From NCBI GenBank assembly GCA_004022145.1, contig RCNU01000003.1: a stretch of 64,000 bases of DNA; one strand, given 5' to 3'. The notes under the pieces are model-generated. The model was not told the origin of the DNA, did no database searches, and saw only the letters and a list, made by a program, of their open reading frames with translations. Within the stretch, counting starts at the first letter, position 1; each line of letters begins with the position of its first letter. A program made the translations under genes and the position numbers. Positions 26,012-39,431 of the stretch are shown here, in pieces. The stretch is from Paecilomyces variotii. Its lineage: Eukaryota.

Positions 26012-27075
26012 TGTGCACTGAACGGCAAAGCGCCGCCACCTGTACGCTATTATTATCGATACGTCAGCATATTAACTCGAGGAAATCTCACACTCCAGCA
26101 GAAGAGGAAAAACTCACGGATCATTTTCTATATACCAGGCAGGCCCATGTCGGCCCTGGCTTTCGACGAAAAAAGAGATGGGTAATTGCAGCTTGCTAGA
26201 AGCAAGCTCCGGCAAAAACTTTTGCGCGGGGAAACGCAGTAGGTTGTGTGATTAAACGCACACCACTACCCACAGCACCAGGTGTGAAAGGCACGATGCT
26301 GAGAATTAGAGCGAGAAGACATGATTTTTTTTTTTTTTTCAACTAAATAGATACCCGGGAAAAAAAATCAAGGAGTAGATGCAAGTAGGAGCAGCATATT
26401 GCCTCTAACGGCGGAAGCGGTGTACCTAGACCACCATTGTCAGATGCGCTAAACCCTTAACTAATCGGCTATCGGACTGATTAAGCAGTTCTGAGAAAAA
26501 CGCAGCCATGTCCAGGAAGATCCAGACTATGGACGATCTGGTGTCAATTGTAACAGGGTCTGCTGAGTGAAAGCTCTGAGAAGACTCCGTTGAAATGGTA
26601 AGATAGTCAACAGAGACTGAACACCAGCTCTAACTAATACAGGAGCCCTTCATCTCGGACTCTCTTGGTTCCAAATATACCTTCCCAGCTCCTGAAAAAG
26701 AACAAAGCCCATCCATCATGCGCTAAGTAGGCATTTCATGGCATCGCAGCTATCAAACATCCTCACCTGCCATATTTGCTGAAGCGATACGAGAACAAAG
26801 CCATCGGGGCTGCCGAGTCCAACATCGCAATGCTACTCTGTATAACGCTGAAGTCCAATAATAATAACGATTGTCGCCTTATCTGTAGCATCAATGCTGT
26901 GCCGCCCTGCGTCCATTCTGATTGGCCATAGAGCTTATCTTGAGATTCAGTGCGATCAAGATCGAAAAAGATAGATTCAGTCTAACTAGAGCAGGAGGAA
27001 TATATTAAGGACAAACGGTCCTGGGCGTGCTTTTAAGATGGCACGGGTCTCGCTTTGCATTCCCGCAGATGCAAC

Positions 27076-28674
27076 ATGTCGGACTTTTCGCGAGACAGAA
27101 AGGATCTCGAGGCTAACAAGGGCCCCAACCTGACTGGCGAGGAGCCACTCGATATCAATAGTGCAGACGCAGGCCTCATACAAGATGAGGTCCGTCGTGC
27201 CATTCAGATTCAGAATGCGTTCACGCCCTTGCGCAAACTCCATGAAGCAGAGCGATGGATGGATCGCCAGCTGGGCGGGGAGAACTACTTCGAGACTCAG
27301 GGTATCGATCGCATCCCCGACGAGGCCAAGACGCCCCCGTCCATCTGGAATGCCCTCATGATGTGGTCGTCGGTTGTGATGCACGTTGGAACAATCCCCA
27401 TGGGTGTTCTGGGGGCTGAATATGGACTGTCCTTCAACGGGGCCATGTCATCGGCCACAGTCGGTATAATGGTCGGGGCATTGTTTACCGCATACACGGG
27501 CACACTGGGTCCCAAACTGGGCCTTCGTCAGATTGCCACTTCGCGGTATTCCTTTGGATTCTGGGGCGCGAAACTGTGCTCGGTCCTCAATGTGGTGGTG
27601 GGAGGCGGTTTCGCTGTCGTCAACGCCGTGGTCGTGGGCCAAATCTTGTCCGCAGTGTCTGATTACCACATGTCGATTATTGTTGGGGTGGTGATCATCG
27701 CGGTCATCTCATTTATTCTCTCGGTCTTTGGGTTCAGGTTGATTCATACCTTTGAGAAGTATGCCTGGATTGCGGCATTCGTCCTGTTTGTCGTTCTGTA
27801 TGCGCAGGCGAGTCCACATGCACCGCCTTTGGATACGCCCAGTTCCGACAAGGGCATCGAGCTTTCAGGTGCATGGCTATCCTTCTTTGCCTTGCAGTTT
27901 TCTTCGGTTTCAGGATGGTGCTCGATGGCAGCCGACTACTACTGCAACTACCCCAAGGATACCAGCAAGATAAAAATCTTCTTGCTGACCTGGATCGGTC
28001 TCGTCCTTCCTACCTGCTTCACAACTTATCTGGGAATAGTGCTAGGACAAGCCGCGACGTTGAATGCCTATCCTCCGTACGCAGATGCCTACAACAACCA
28101 TGGACTTGGTGGATTGCTTCTGGAAGCATGGCATCCTGAAGGATGGTCCAAGTTTGCTCTGGTCATCTCCGTGTTTACCGTGTGTGGTAACAATATTGCC
28201 ATCAACTACTCTTCCGGCCTGTCGCTCCAGCTGTTAGGCGACTATTTCCACGCGATTCCTCGCTTTGTCTGGTCGTTCCTTGTCGCTTTGGTCGTTGCTA
28301 TCCTAGCGATCGCAGGTCGAGAGCACTTGTCGACGATTGTATCCAACTTCGTTTCCATGCTTGGATACTGGACTGTTTCCTTTACTATCATTCTCCTTAT
28401 CGAAGACTGTGTTTTCCGCCATGGCGTGGATTATAACTTAAAGGCATGGGATAAGCCCGACGAACTTCCAGTTGGTCTGGCGGCTGTCTTCTCCTTGATT
28501 GCCGGATACTGCGGCGGTGGTGTTCCAGGTATGGCGCAGGTCTGGTACATTGGGCCTATTGCTGCCAAGTTCGGGGGAGCCGGTGGAGACGTTGGTATCT
28601 TCCTCAGTGGAGTTATCACGCTCATTGTATATCCCGTCACTCGATATCTGGAGAGGAAGTATACTGGTCGATAA
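27076..28674 (+). CDS. NCS1-family purine-cytosine permease (Fcy/Tpn1-like)
   Basis: Intronless multi-TM ORF; GPKLGLRQIATSRYSFGFWG, PGMAQVWYIGPIA and YLERKYTGR. Confidence 0.88.
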   Translation: MSDFSRDRKDLEANKGPNLTGEEPLDINSADAGLIQDEVRRAIQIQNAFTPLRKLHEAERWMDRQLGGENYFETQGIDRIPDEAKTPPSIWNALMMWSSVVMHVGTIPMGVLGAEYGLSFNGAMSSATVGIMVGALFTAYTGTLGPKLGLRQIATSRYSFGFWGAKLCSVLNVVVGGGFAVVNAVVVGQILSAVSDYHMSIIVGVVIIAVISFILSVFGFRLIHTFEKYAWIAAFVLFVVLYAQASPHAPPLDTPSSDKGIELSGAWLSFFALQFSSVSGWCSMAADYYCNYPKDTSKIKIFLLTWIGLVLPTCFTTYLGIVLGQAATLNAYPPYADAYNNHGLGGLLLEAWHPEGWSKFALVISVFTVCGNNIAINYSSGLSLQLLGDYFHAIPRFVWSFLVALVVAILAIAGREHLSTIVSNFVSMLGYWTVSFTIILLIEDCVFRHGVDYNLKAWDKPDELPVGLAAVFSLIAGYCGGGVPGMAQVWYIGPIAAKFGGAGGDVGIFLSGVITLIVYPVTRYLERKYTGR

Positions 28675-30612
28675 ATAGTTAGTTCCGTGTTTCGTACTCT
28701 GTATAAGGAATTCTTGCTAGACAGTCCACATGGCGGTGTCGACAAAAGGAGAGTTGAGTACTTCCGAGTATCCGCGTTTCCTTGTATATAATAGTAGGTT
28801 TTAGTATTAGTACTTTTGTCCGATGCCGTGAAACATTCAAAGAGACAGCGGTCTCGACCGGGCCATATCACCGACAGGGTTTAATACCTTGTCGACAGCC
28901 ACATCTGAGCCAGTCAGTATTAATATCTATTGCGTTCAATAGGGAAGCAATAAGCGGTTGATATGATAGGTAAGGATTAATATTATGTCTAAAAACCCGG
29001 CAACCGGTTCAGGGGAAAGTCAATACGTACTACGGAGTCGTATGAACAATGAGGCGTAGAATCACCGGAAAATACTGATAACATGCTGTGAGCAAGTGGA
29101 GAATAAGATTTATCGAGTATTCTCTTCATCTTAACTGCCCATAGCCGTCATTTAATCATGTACAATCCTTGCAGGAAGTTCCATGCTGAACTAGTTAAGC
29201 TATAGAACAACAACCTGGATCGTGCTTGTTGGACGCGTGGCCCGGTGGAGCGAACAACGCGCTTCCATTAACTGTATCTTCGTCGGGATCTTTTCCAACA
29301 GCCACTGCTTGCTCGATGCCGGAGAAGTCCTTCATTCTGACTCGCTATTGTCTTCGGGTTCCTGGATTTTGATCTGCCTCCATCTACGCAGATCCAGCTG
29401 TTTAACTTGATGTGGCAGTGCTCTGTATACAATGATGTATATGGTACAGTGTCTAGATAAGTAGTATGTTGGCAGGGCGTATATACATGTACCATTGTGG
29501 CATATATTAACGATCACCGTTATTAGAACTGATAAGAGACTATTGCGCCATTGCGGGACAACATCCGATGCCCTGTTCTGGTCAACTTCTCTTAGGGTTA
29601 TTTCATTGTTCTTTTTCGCGATCATGTCTTGTTAAGCGCGGCCGGGACTTGAGTGCCGAAATATCGGGATCCTAGTCATGAACAACCCCTTTCCGCGATT
29701 CCCGCAGGGCACACGTTGCGATACCTCTCTGATAGTTGAGTCCTGCAGCCATATTCGAAGCCCACGCCCAGTGAGCGACGACCACAGAACCTCCATCCTG
29801 ACGCTGAGCCGGTCACAGTCAGGATGTTCTCGTGCCAAGTATCGCGCAATAGGCATTAAAGTTGCGCAGTTCATCTGACCCGCTCTGTCCTTCTCCGCAT
29901 CTTGTCTATCATTCTGCTGTCCTATGATAGGATGAAAGCTGGAAACAAGCAACAGTTCCGTTGGCGCACTCCGCAAAGTGACTATTATTGCCCATTTGAA
30001 CCACTAAGTATGTACGGAGTAGTAGTAGAAGTCTCCCTGTCTGGTGGATCACATCAAGGCGACGCCTCAGCCGAGAACCATTGCGCCTTCTAACTCATGG
30101 TCCGAGGATCCTTACATGGTGGATAGGGGCTGTTTGACAGCAGCTCCTGGGTGAACTTGAATGTTCTTTTTCTGATTCTGTCGGGAGGGGATATTGCAGG
30201 TTCAGTCCATGTTATGCAGTAAGACTGCATCATGCAGAGCAACTTCGTTGTACACAATGGATGCGACAAATGGCGTGCTCTGGGACATCGCCTGGGCGAA
30301 AGACACGAGATCGCCTGACCTCCACAGCGGTTCAGATTAGATCTCCCTGCCGTTGACCGCGAGAGATCATCGTCGACCGGCAGAGAGTGCGGAAAATATG
30401 GATCTCGCAGCAGGTGTCATGCTCGCTATGCAAGATCAGTTATCCTCATCCGGCAAGAAGCTAATCGAGACCCCTCAGCACGCAAGGGAGTATCCTTGCA
30501 GCCTCTCGTCCACGACCATGTGTTCGGGGAAAATATTTAGATGTCGGTGCTGCCCGCCGAGTCGGGCTGTTGATCAGGCCCCTCAGTGTACGTGCAGCAG
30601 ACGCAGGTCAAG

Positions 30613-32734
30613 ATGGTAAGCAACAGAAGCTTGTGGTCGGTCTTTGTAGCCACATGGACCTTTGTTGCCCTGAGCAGTTCCAATGCGGCTTCATTCACTC
30701 CATTCCAACCACCTTCATACCCACTGGCGGTCCGAAGTCCATATCTATCAGGTCGGTTGGATTGCCCCGTATAGTTCTAAAAGAGAGTTGATGATTGACT
30801 GTTCTATAGCCTGGCTACCCGGGAACCTTGCCAACAGTCTGCCGTCCAGCGCCCCCCAGTTCTGGTCGGGCAATGACCTCGCCTGGTCAGTGATCGTGCG
30901 TGTAGATGGAGTCGCCTACAATGTATTCGGTGTAACCGATGCATTGGACGGGACTCAACAGGCCGCTCTCACCGATGCGACGTTCACATCCACACATAGT
31001 ACCTTCACCTTGACCGCAGGTGATGGTACTGTGAAGTTGGACTTCTTCTCGCCGGTGTCTCCGAAAAACTACCTGCGCCAGTCCTTGCCATTTTCCTATC
31101 TCACGGTAACAGTGAGTGGCACGTCGGGCAACGTCCAGGTCTACTCTGACATTGACGACACCTGGACTGGTCAATCAAGTGCTTCGAGCTGGAGCTACTC
31201 CACCAATGGCACCACTGGTGTCTACCAGATCACCCCAGCAAATCCTATAACGTACGCTGAGAGTGCCAATGAACAAGCTCTTTGGGGAGAAGCTGTATAT
31301 GCTACTAGACCGAGCGATGGCGACACCTTGACTTCCGCATCAGGGCCGCCGTCCACAGTTCGATCTGAGTTCGTCAGCAATGGAAAATTGAGCAATTCTT
31401 ACCCCGGCTGGACTTCAGGTGGTGTCGTCGGTTTTGCTCATGACCTGGGAACAATCAGCGGCTCGAGCGCTGTTACTTTTGCCATTGGCCATGTTCGCGA
31501 GGAAGCCATCAACTACCTTGGAGCTGCACAGACAGGTTACTACAGAGCCAGTTATCCGGAAACCGTTGCTGCTGTCACATATTTCCTAGATGACTATTCC
31601 GACGCTGCGAGCGAGTCCACTACATTTGACAACCTCATCCAATCGTCCGGAAATTCAGCATATGGATCTAACTATTCAGATATCCTGGCTTTGTCGGTAC
31701 GACAGACGTTTGGAGGCATTGAGTTGACCATTCCAAACCAATCTCTCGATACCAGCGATGTCCAAGCTTTCCTCAAGGAGATCTCCAGTGACGGCAACAT
31801 ACAGACCGTCGACGTGATTTACGCAACCTTCCCCATATTCTACGTTCTCAATCCAGACTTCATCAGGCTTCTTCTCCAGCCTGTCTTCACCTACCTCGAC
31901 CAAGGCAGCTACACCGAGGCCTATGCTCCTCATGACTTGGGGGCACATTACCCCAACGCCACCGGCTGGGACTCGAGCACTGAAGAAGCCATGCCTGTCG
32001 AAGAAAGCGGCAACGTCATTCTCCTTACTTACGCGTACCAGTCTGCCTCCAATCAGACCGACCTGGCAACAACCTACTCCTCCTACCTGCAGAAATACGC
32101 TCAATACCTCAACGAGAATGGAGAATACCCCGCGGCCCAATATTCCCTTAACGACGCCCTAGGAAAACTGGCCAACCAGACCAACCTAGGCGTCAAAGCG
32201 GCCGTCGCTCTCGGAGCCTACAACAAACTCTTCTCTTCCAGCACCCAATATACCAGCGCCGCCACCACCTTCGCGGACAACATCTACACAAACCGTCTTG
32301 GAACCAACTCCGGCGGAAATTACTACACGCTCCAATACGGCGTCGAGCCCTGGTTCCTCGTCTTCAACAACTACCCGGATATCCTCTTCGATTTGGGCAT
32401 CTTCCCTCAGGAGTCCTACAACGCCACCTCGGACTTCTACCCTACTGTCCGCAGCACAGCGGGAATCCCACTCGACGGAAGCCTTCAATGGGGCCAGACG
32501 AACTGGCAAGCGTGGGTAGCTGCGATTTCGGGCAGCAGTACGCAGGAGGTATTCATTTCGGACCTTCATGCGTATATCTCGAACGGGCTGAACACGGCCC
32601 CGTTTTCGGACCGGTATTGGGTCGCAGACAGCGGAGACTACACAGCCGGACAGTCGTATACCTTCCGAGCCAGACCAACTCTGGGCAGTCATTTTGCGTT
32701 GTTGGCGCTCAAGGGGGCAAATATTTGGTCGTAG
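30613..32734 (+). CDS. gtaA: Secreted GtaA-type glutaminase-like protein; 2 exons
   Basis: Signal peptide then PPSYPLAVRSPYLS|AWLPG across intron 30752-30809; FLKEISSDGN, HDLGAHYPNATG and MPVEESGN motifs. Confidence 0.8.
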
Positions 32735-33149
32735 ATCGGAATCGTCTAACATTATTTCAATGATGATAATCTCCGTTTTATGTTAATAGCTTTTTTCTTT
32801 CTCTCTGGTGGTTATATGTCGAATTCTCGTCGATAATGATGTGGGGGTTATTGCTGATATATAATCTCGCGGTGGTCTTCATGATCACTTAATACATATC
32901 TCCAGCGAATGCTATATACGACGGTGTATATACATGATAAGACAGGATATATAATATATTCTAAAGATTGATTCCCGATTTTTCTAGCGAGTGTCCGCCG
33001 GGAGATAACCCAAAACTTATATGAGGAGCACGTATTCTCCGTCCTCTAACAACAAGTTACGGATATGCATATCGACAGCTTCTGCTACGGGGCATTTCAT
33101 ACAGGCCAGGGAGTTATTTAACAGCTCCATTTGCTGTACGACTCCTGTT

Positions 33150-34099
33150 TTACTTGTCGCGTCCCAAGCGTTCCTCATCGTCATCGGTGAGCTCATACGC
33201 TGGTCGAAATGAAGTGACATCCCCTTTGCGCGCGAGTGCCGGATTCGGATGTGTATCTGTCATTCCGCCTAGCGAGGTAAACCCCTGATCGTACAGATTA
33301 CAATAAGGGATATGGAGATGACGAATAAACTGCGATGTCAGGGGTCAGCTCGTATGGGCATCTGGAATAAGGGCACGGGCACAGCTTGACTTACAGTCCA
33401 AACATCTACATAATTCCAATCAATCACAGGATGCACACGCATGAACTGCGGCCAGTCTTTATCCGTGGGATCAAAATGGGTCAAGTGCTCGCCGTGAGGA
33501 TCAGTCCGTCTGGTTCCCACGAAAATCGCTTTGACAGTAGGCTTCTCGCGGAGATAGGTCTCCAACGCATCACGCATAGGCAACATGTACCGGCTCAGAT
33601 GGAGATGGTAGTATGCCGCTGAAGTATTGACAAAGGCTTCAACTTCAGGAAACGGATGGGGAGAGACGATATAGACGGCCTGGAGGGACTCGGGTAGAGT
33701 GGCAGCACCAGTGTTTGACGAAGCTAATGTCGGCAGACACGCCAAGATCAAAACCAGCAAGACGAGACAGTCTTTGCCGCCATTATATGAAAGAGAGAGC
33801 TCCTCTAATCTGTCATCATTGTTAGTAAAGCGCTCAATTTCCCCGGTTTTGTATACCCGGTCCACTTACCGGTACCGTGTCAAGGCTTCCTCTATCACTT
33901 GAATAGATACTCGTACTTGACATTGTACTCTTCGTATCAATTCGTCTCCTGTTGATTGCTCGAGAAAGGCAGTCACTTTCTGCCTTAACTCATGGCATAT
34001 CTCCGATAGCGTGCGGGGATCCGATGATGGAGGAGGGGCTCTTGCAATAATGCCATTAACTCGTGAGTCATTTTGTCGGATGTGTAGGTCCCCTGTCAT
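33150..34099 (-). CDS. FAD1: FAD synthetase (PAPS-reductase fold); 3 exons
   Basis: SYNGGKDC, VGTRRTDPHG and LYDQGFTSLG motifs; introns 33810-33869 and 33330-33394; stop at 33150-33152. Confidence 0.9.
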
Positions 34100-34359
34100 T
34101 TCACAACGCAAATTTATTTATCTCGCCATGAGAGAATCAGCTGGCCAAGCTGGGAGAAGAACAAAGAATCTCGTATTGAGACTTGGTCTGTTCGTATCCG
34201 TAGGCGGGGGTGGAGATGAGGGGAATGGGAGCTCGGGCCTCTCAGGTAGAAGAGGGAAGATGATCACTCTTGTCGCCCAGAAGGATGGACTGTGAGAGTA
34301 GGATATTCTCTGTTTGTTATAGACAAAAACAATAATAGCTACACGAAGGAAATAGTAAA

Positions 34360-34443
34360 TGATAATAGTAAATGATAAAGCAGACGATGGCATAACAGCG
34401 TTCTGGTTGCTGTTTATCATAAACTGACTAAGCTTGCTGATAA
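34360..34443. promoter_or_regulatory. Cluster of four HGATAR sites in the FAD1/cnxABC divergent promoter
   Basis: TGATAA at 34360, 34373 and 34438; TTATCA at 34414. Confidence 0.4.
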
Positions 34444-34586
34444 GGGCGGAGCGCAGTCTAGAATCCCCATTCTCCCCGACTTCGCATATCCCTTGCTCTC
34501 TTGCCGTCTGATTCTCGCTTCTGCCTACACCAGAGGATGGGAGGACGATGCAATAGCGCCCTCATTGACCAGGATATCTCTTCAAG

Positions 34587-37085
34587 ATGCCTGTGTCTCT
34601 TCTCCGGAGGCGAGCTGCCTCGTTGCTGCCGTCCTTGCGACGCCCAGTCCGCCAGAACCGGGTCTGGATAGCTCGTGGCGTTCAACACTTCGCTGGTAGA
34701 CGATCCAGCACGGGCACAGCAGTTGCCTCTGAACCTCTGAAGCTACAGGAGGAACTATCTGCCTCTCCAGAATATGCATCGGTATCTACTAACCCTCCGC
34801 ATACCTCTCCGCCACCAGTTTCGTCTTCCAGGGTATCAGCCCTGAAGACTGCGAAGCCCTTTTCCGAATTCTTGACGGACACCTTCAACCGTCAACATGA
34901 CTATCTGCGGATCAGCATCACGGAACGGTGCAACCTTCGCTGTCTTTACTGCATGCCAGAGGAGGGAGTGCCACTTTCACCGCCTTCTCATCTCCTTACA
35001 ACGCCGGAAATCGTATACCTCTCCTCCCTCTTCGTGTCGCAGGGTGTCAGCAAGATCCGTCTGACGGGGGGCGAGCCTACGGTGCGCAAGGACATTCTAC
35101 CATTAATGCAGGCGATTGGCGATCTCAGGCGAGATGGACTCAAGGAGCTGTGCTTGACGACTAACGGGATCTCCCTGCACCGCAAGCTGGACGCGATGGC
35201 GGAGGCTGGTCTGACGGGGATCAATCTAAGCCTGGACACTCTGGATCCGTTCCAGTACCAGATCATGACGCGACGGAAGGGATTTGAAGCTGTGATGAAA
35301 AGCATTGACCGGATTCTCGACATGAACAAGGCGGGTGCTGGCATCAAGCTTAAAATCAACTGTGTGGTGATGCGCGGCTTAAATGATCGTGAAATCATTC
35401 CATTCGTTGAGCTGGGTCGTGATAAGCCCATTGAGGTGCGGTTCATCGAGTACATGCCATTCGACGGAAACAAATGGAGTCAAGGCAAGATGTTTTCCTA
35501 TCAGGAAATGCTTGCAGTTATCCGAAACAAGTATCCGTCACTGGAGACGGTCAAGGGTCACAAAAACGACACGAGCAAAACATATCGTGTGCCTGGTTTT
35601 GAAGGCCGCGTTGGGTTCATCACTAGCATGACGCACAATTTCTGCGGCACATGCAACAGATTACGGATCACTTCTGATGGGAATCTAAAAGTCTGCTTGT
35701 TTGGGAATGCCGAAGTGTCTCTCCGTGACTTGATCCGGAAAGTGAATGATGGCCAACCCGTCGATAACGAAGCAATGAAAGCACTGAACCTTCTTCAATC
35801 AGGCCGTATGGCTTCTCGCATCCACGACGAAGGGGGACTTGTCAATGAGCGCGAGCGCGAGTTGCTCGATGTCATTGGCATGGCCGTCAAGCGGAAGAAG
35901 GCTAAGCATGCTGGCATGGGCGAACTTGAGAATATGAGGAACCGTCCTATGATACTCATTGGTGGGTAGGCAAATTCCTTCTGGAGGGTCAGTGTCCGAC
36001 AGATGTCTTTACGATGTGACGAGTGCATGTTTTATTCTATTTTGTTTGATGTTTCTGCATCAGTCTGGGCATATTCAATGATCATATCAATGGCATATAT
36101 CATCTCTCTCAAATATATTTACGGGCTTTTGCACCACGAATCACGCTGACAGGCCGTATTAGATGAGCTATCGGCTCTGTCGATATCGTCAGTGACAAAT
36201 TCACGTCTATCAAACACCCCGAATTGGTCCTGGACTCGTATGCCAGCCCACCTGTTGCCACATGGTTCCTCGTCACTACTGCACGCCCGGTCTTACAGCA
36301 GCCGCAGCGGCCGCAGCAGTAATTGGAATGGCGGTAACAGCAGCGCCAGCAATAGCCGCGATAATCCGAAATGGAGTGGCTCTGATGCAGAGCCTACCTC
36401 CAAGATAAGGCACGTCTACGCACGGCGTGGCGCCCGAGCACCCAATCGCGAAGCTGCCAAACCCGTGGCGTCCTTGCCTACAGTCTCGGACATGCACCTC
36501 CCGCACCTTACGCCGTCACAGACAGTACATATGACCCAGATACAAGAGAAGCCGGTCACGAAACGTCTTGCTACAGCAAGATGCTACGTGAACTTCTCCA
36601 ATTCGCAACCATACGATCTTCTCAAGGAGGGAGGCGTCACCAAGAAAGGCGACGTTTTCAGTGTTGCGCGCATCGCGGGAATTACTGCAGCGAAGAAGAC
36701 CCCAGACATTGTCCCCCTCTGCCATCCGAGCATTGGTATCACCGGCGTGGAAGTCGATGTTATACTGAATCCGCCACCTCCAAGAAGGGATCGTTCCTTT
36801 CCACAGTTAGCACACCGATACGGCTCTATCTCAGTCACAGCCACAGTAACCTGTCTTGGGCGCACAGGCGTCGAAATGGAAGCCATGACGGCCGTAATGG
36901 GTGCCGCTTTGACAGTCTACGACATGTTGAAGGCGGTAGATAAGGGGATGTCGATTAGCAAGGTCCAACTGATGGAGAAGATGGGTGGTAAGAGTGGACA
37001 TTGGGTGCGAGGACAGGATTACCTCGATGGTCGTCCCAGTAGCTACAGCGACGAGGAATTAGCTGATCAAGAAGAAGATTATTGA
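34587..37085 (+). CDS. cnxABC: Molybdenum cofactor biosynthesis protein MOCS1/CnxABC: MoaA radical-SAM GTP 3',8-cyclase (34587-35969) plus MoaC cPMP synthase (to 37085), joined by an alternatively spliced intron
   Basis: CNLRCLYC radical-SAM motif, FCGTCNRLR and C-terminal MILIGG; MoaC motifs PLCHP and GVEMEA; intron 35962-36162 fuses the two in frame. Confidence 0.93.
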
Positions 37086-37908
37086 CGTCTTCTTTTGACA
37101 CCTGCATGCTGCCTGTTCTTCCGTCATGTTATGTTCGTAGCGGGCGTCTTCTATTGTCTCAACCAACTGTGCTCTTGCGATTTAGCGGGGAAAGAGATAG
37201 TCGATGGCATTCCAATTATCATTGAAAATCTTTCTCCTAAAAGCATCATCACCATTGTTTGGATATTCTGGCCTTGTTGGTCGATGATAGCTCCTGGTAA
37301 ATATGTTGTACTGCAACTATGCTGCAGGGCTTCTTCTCAACGGCATTCGACCAATATCCTATGATGTAATGACATTTTCTACCCGTTTGGAGATTGTATG
37401 TATAAATAATCTGAAATAATAATGGTCGACCCACCTTTGTAGTTGTTCACTCAATCCCGCCAGTGAGGTTAGTTTTGACTAACTCAGCAACCGATCCAAA
37501 GGACGTACTGTGTCCCTTCTGCTGCTCCCATGGGCGCTGGCTCAATCTCTTCAGCAACAAAGAGACGAAAGCATGCAAATGAGTGCTTTTGCAGTGGCAT
37601 TATTGATGGCTGACTTATTCTCGGAGAATCCTCATCCGGGAAAAATGGTGGGGATTGACAACGAGCGGAAACCGGACCGCAGGCTCTAGTTCTGGCTGAC
37701 ATCATGGATGCAACGATGGTTCCTCTCGCAGCGCTCATAGCAGATAGCAACATCCCAATTAACTAACCTGAATGCTGAATCCAGGACGGGCCAACGACAG
37801 GCCGGCATCCCATGTCCCACCATGCGATCCATGACGACAAAAGTGGATGTGGCTTCTACTGGCTCTGACGAGGGGTTGTTGAGAGGTAAGGAAAGGAAGG
37901 AGATATAA

Positions 37909-38850
<942 letters not shown>

Positions 38851-39190
38851 ACGTATTCGCCGCGGGGTAGAAGGAAAATAATCTATATATGACATTTCCG
38901 GTTGGAGGGACTACTACTACTACTACCAACATATATATATCTACTGGGTATTATATATAAATGCGATGAAGTAATGACCGAAATAATTCAATAAAAATGC
39001 ATAACTATCCAACTTGACCTCGAGTCACTCGAAGTAATAACAGTCCCTGTCCCAGATACCTAAATTTCCTATACCATACTCCATCCGATCCGTGGGTAGC
39101 CGAACCGGAGCACACTCGTCCACGGCACGGCTTGTCCCCTTCACCACTAGGTAACTCGGATTGAACCCGGTAACTGAGATGCATGCAAAG

Positions 39191-39431
39191 TACGGAGTAC
39201 TGTAGGGATTATTATTGTCCGTGACTGGGTGACCCTTCCCCCGCTTTCCGATCACGGCCACCTGATCAAGGTGATTTAGTTTGCAAAGCGACAAGATATC
39301 AGAAGGACCCTGCAGGACACGGTTCATGAGCCAGGACCGCGCTATATTTAGTATTAACTGGGATGCAGCGCTAGCTAGATCAGCTATATCCGAACCTTTG
39401 AAGCCTGGTGGTCGGTTTACAGTACTCCGTA
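39191..39431. repeat. Perfect 14-bp inverted repeat bounding a 241-bp segment
   Basis: TACGGAGTACTGTA (39191-39204) and TACAGTACTCCGTA (39418-39431). Confidence 0.7.

Noticed and set aside
26275..26320. GGTG...GCTGAGA upstream of the NCS1 permease, suggesting a TPP riboswitch
   Set aside because: The downstream conserved aptamer half (GAACNTGAT...TAAT...AGCG) is absent and the gene has no visible intron.
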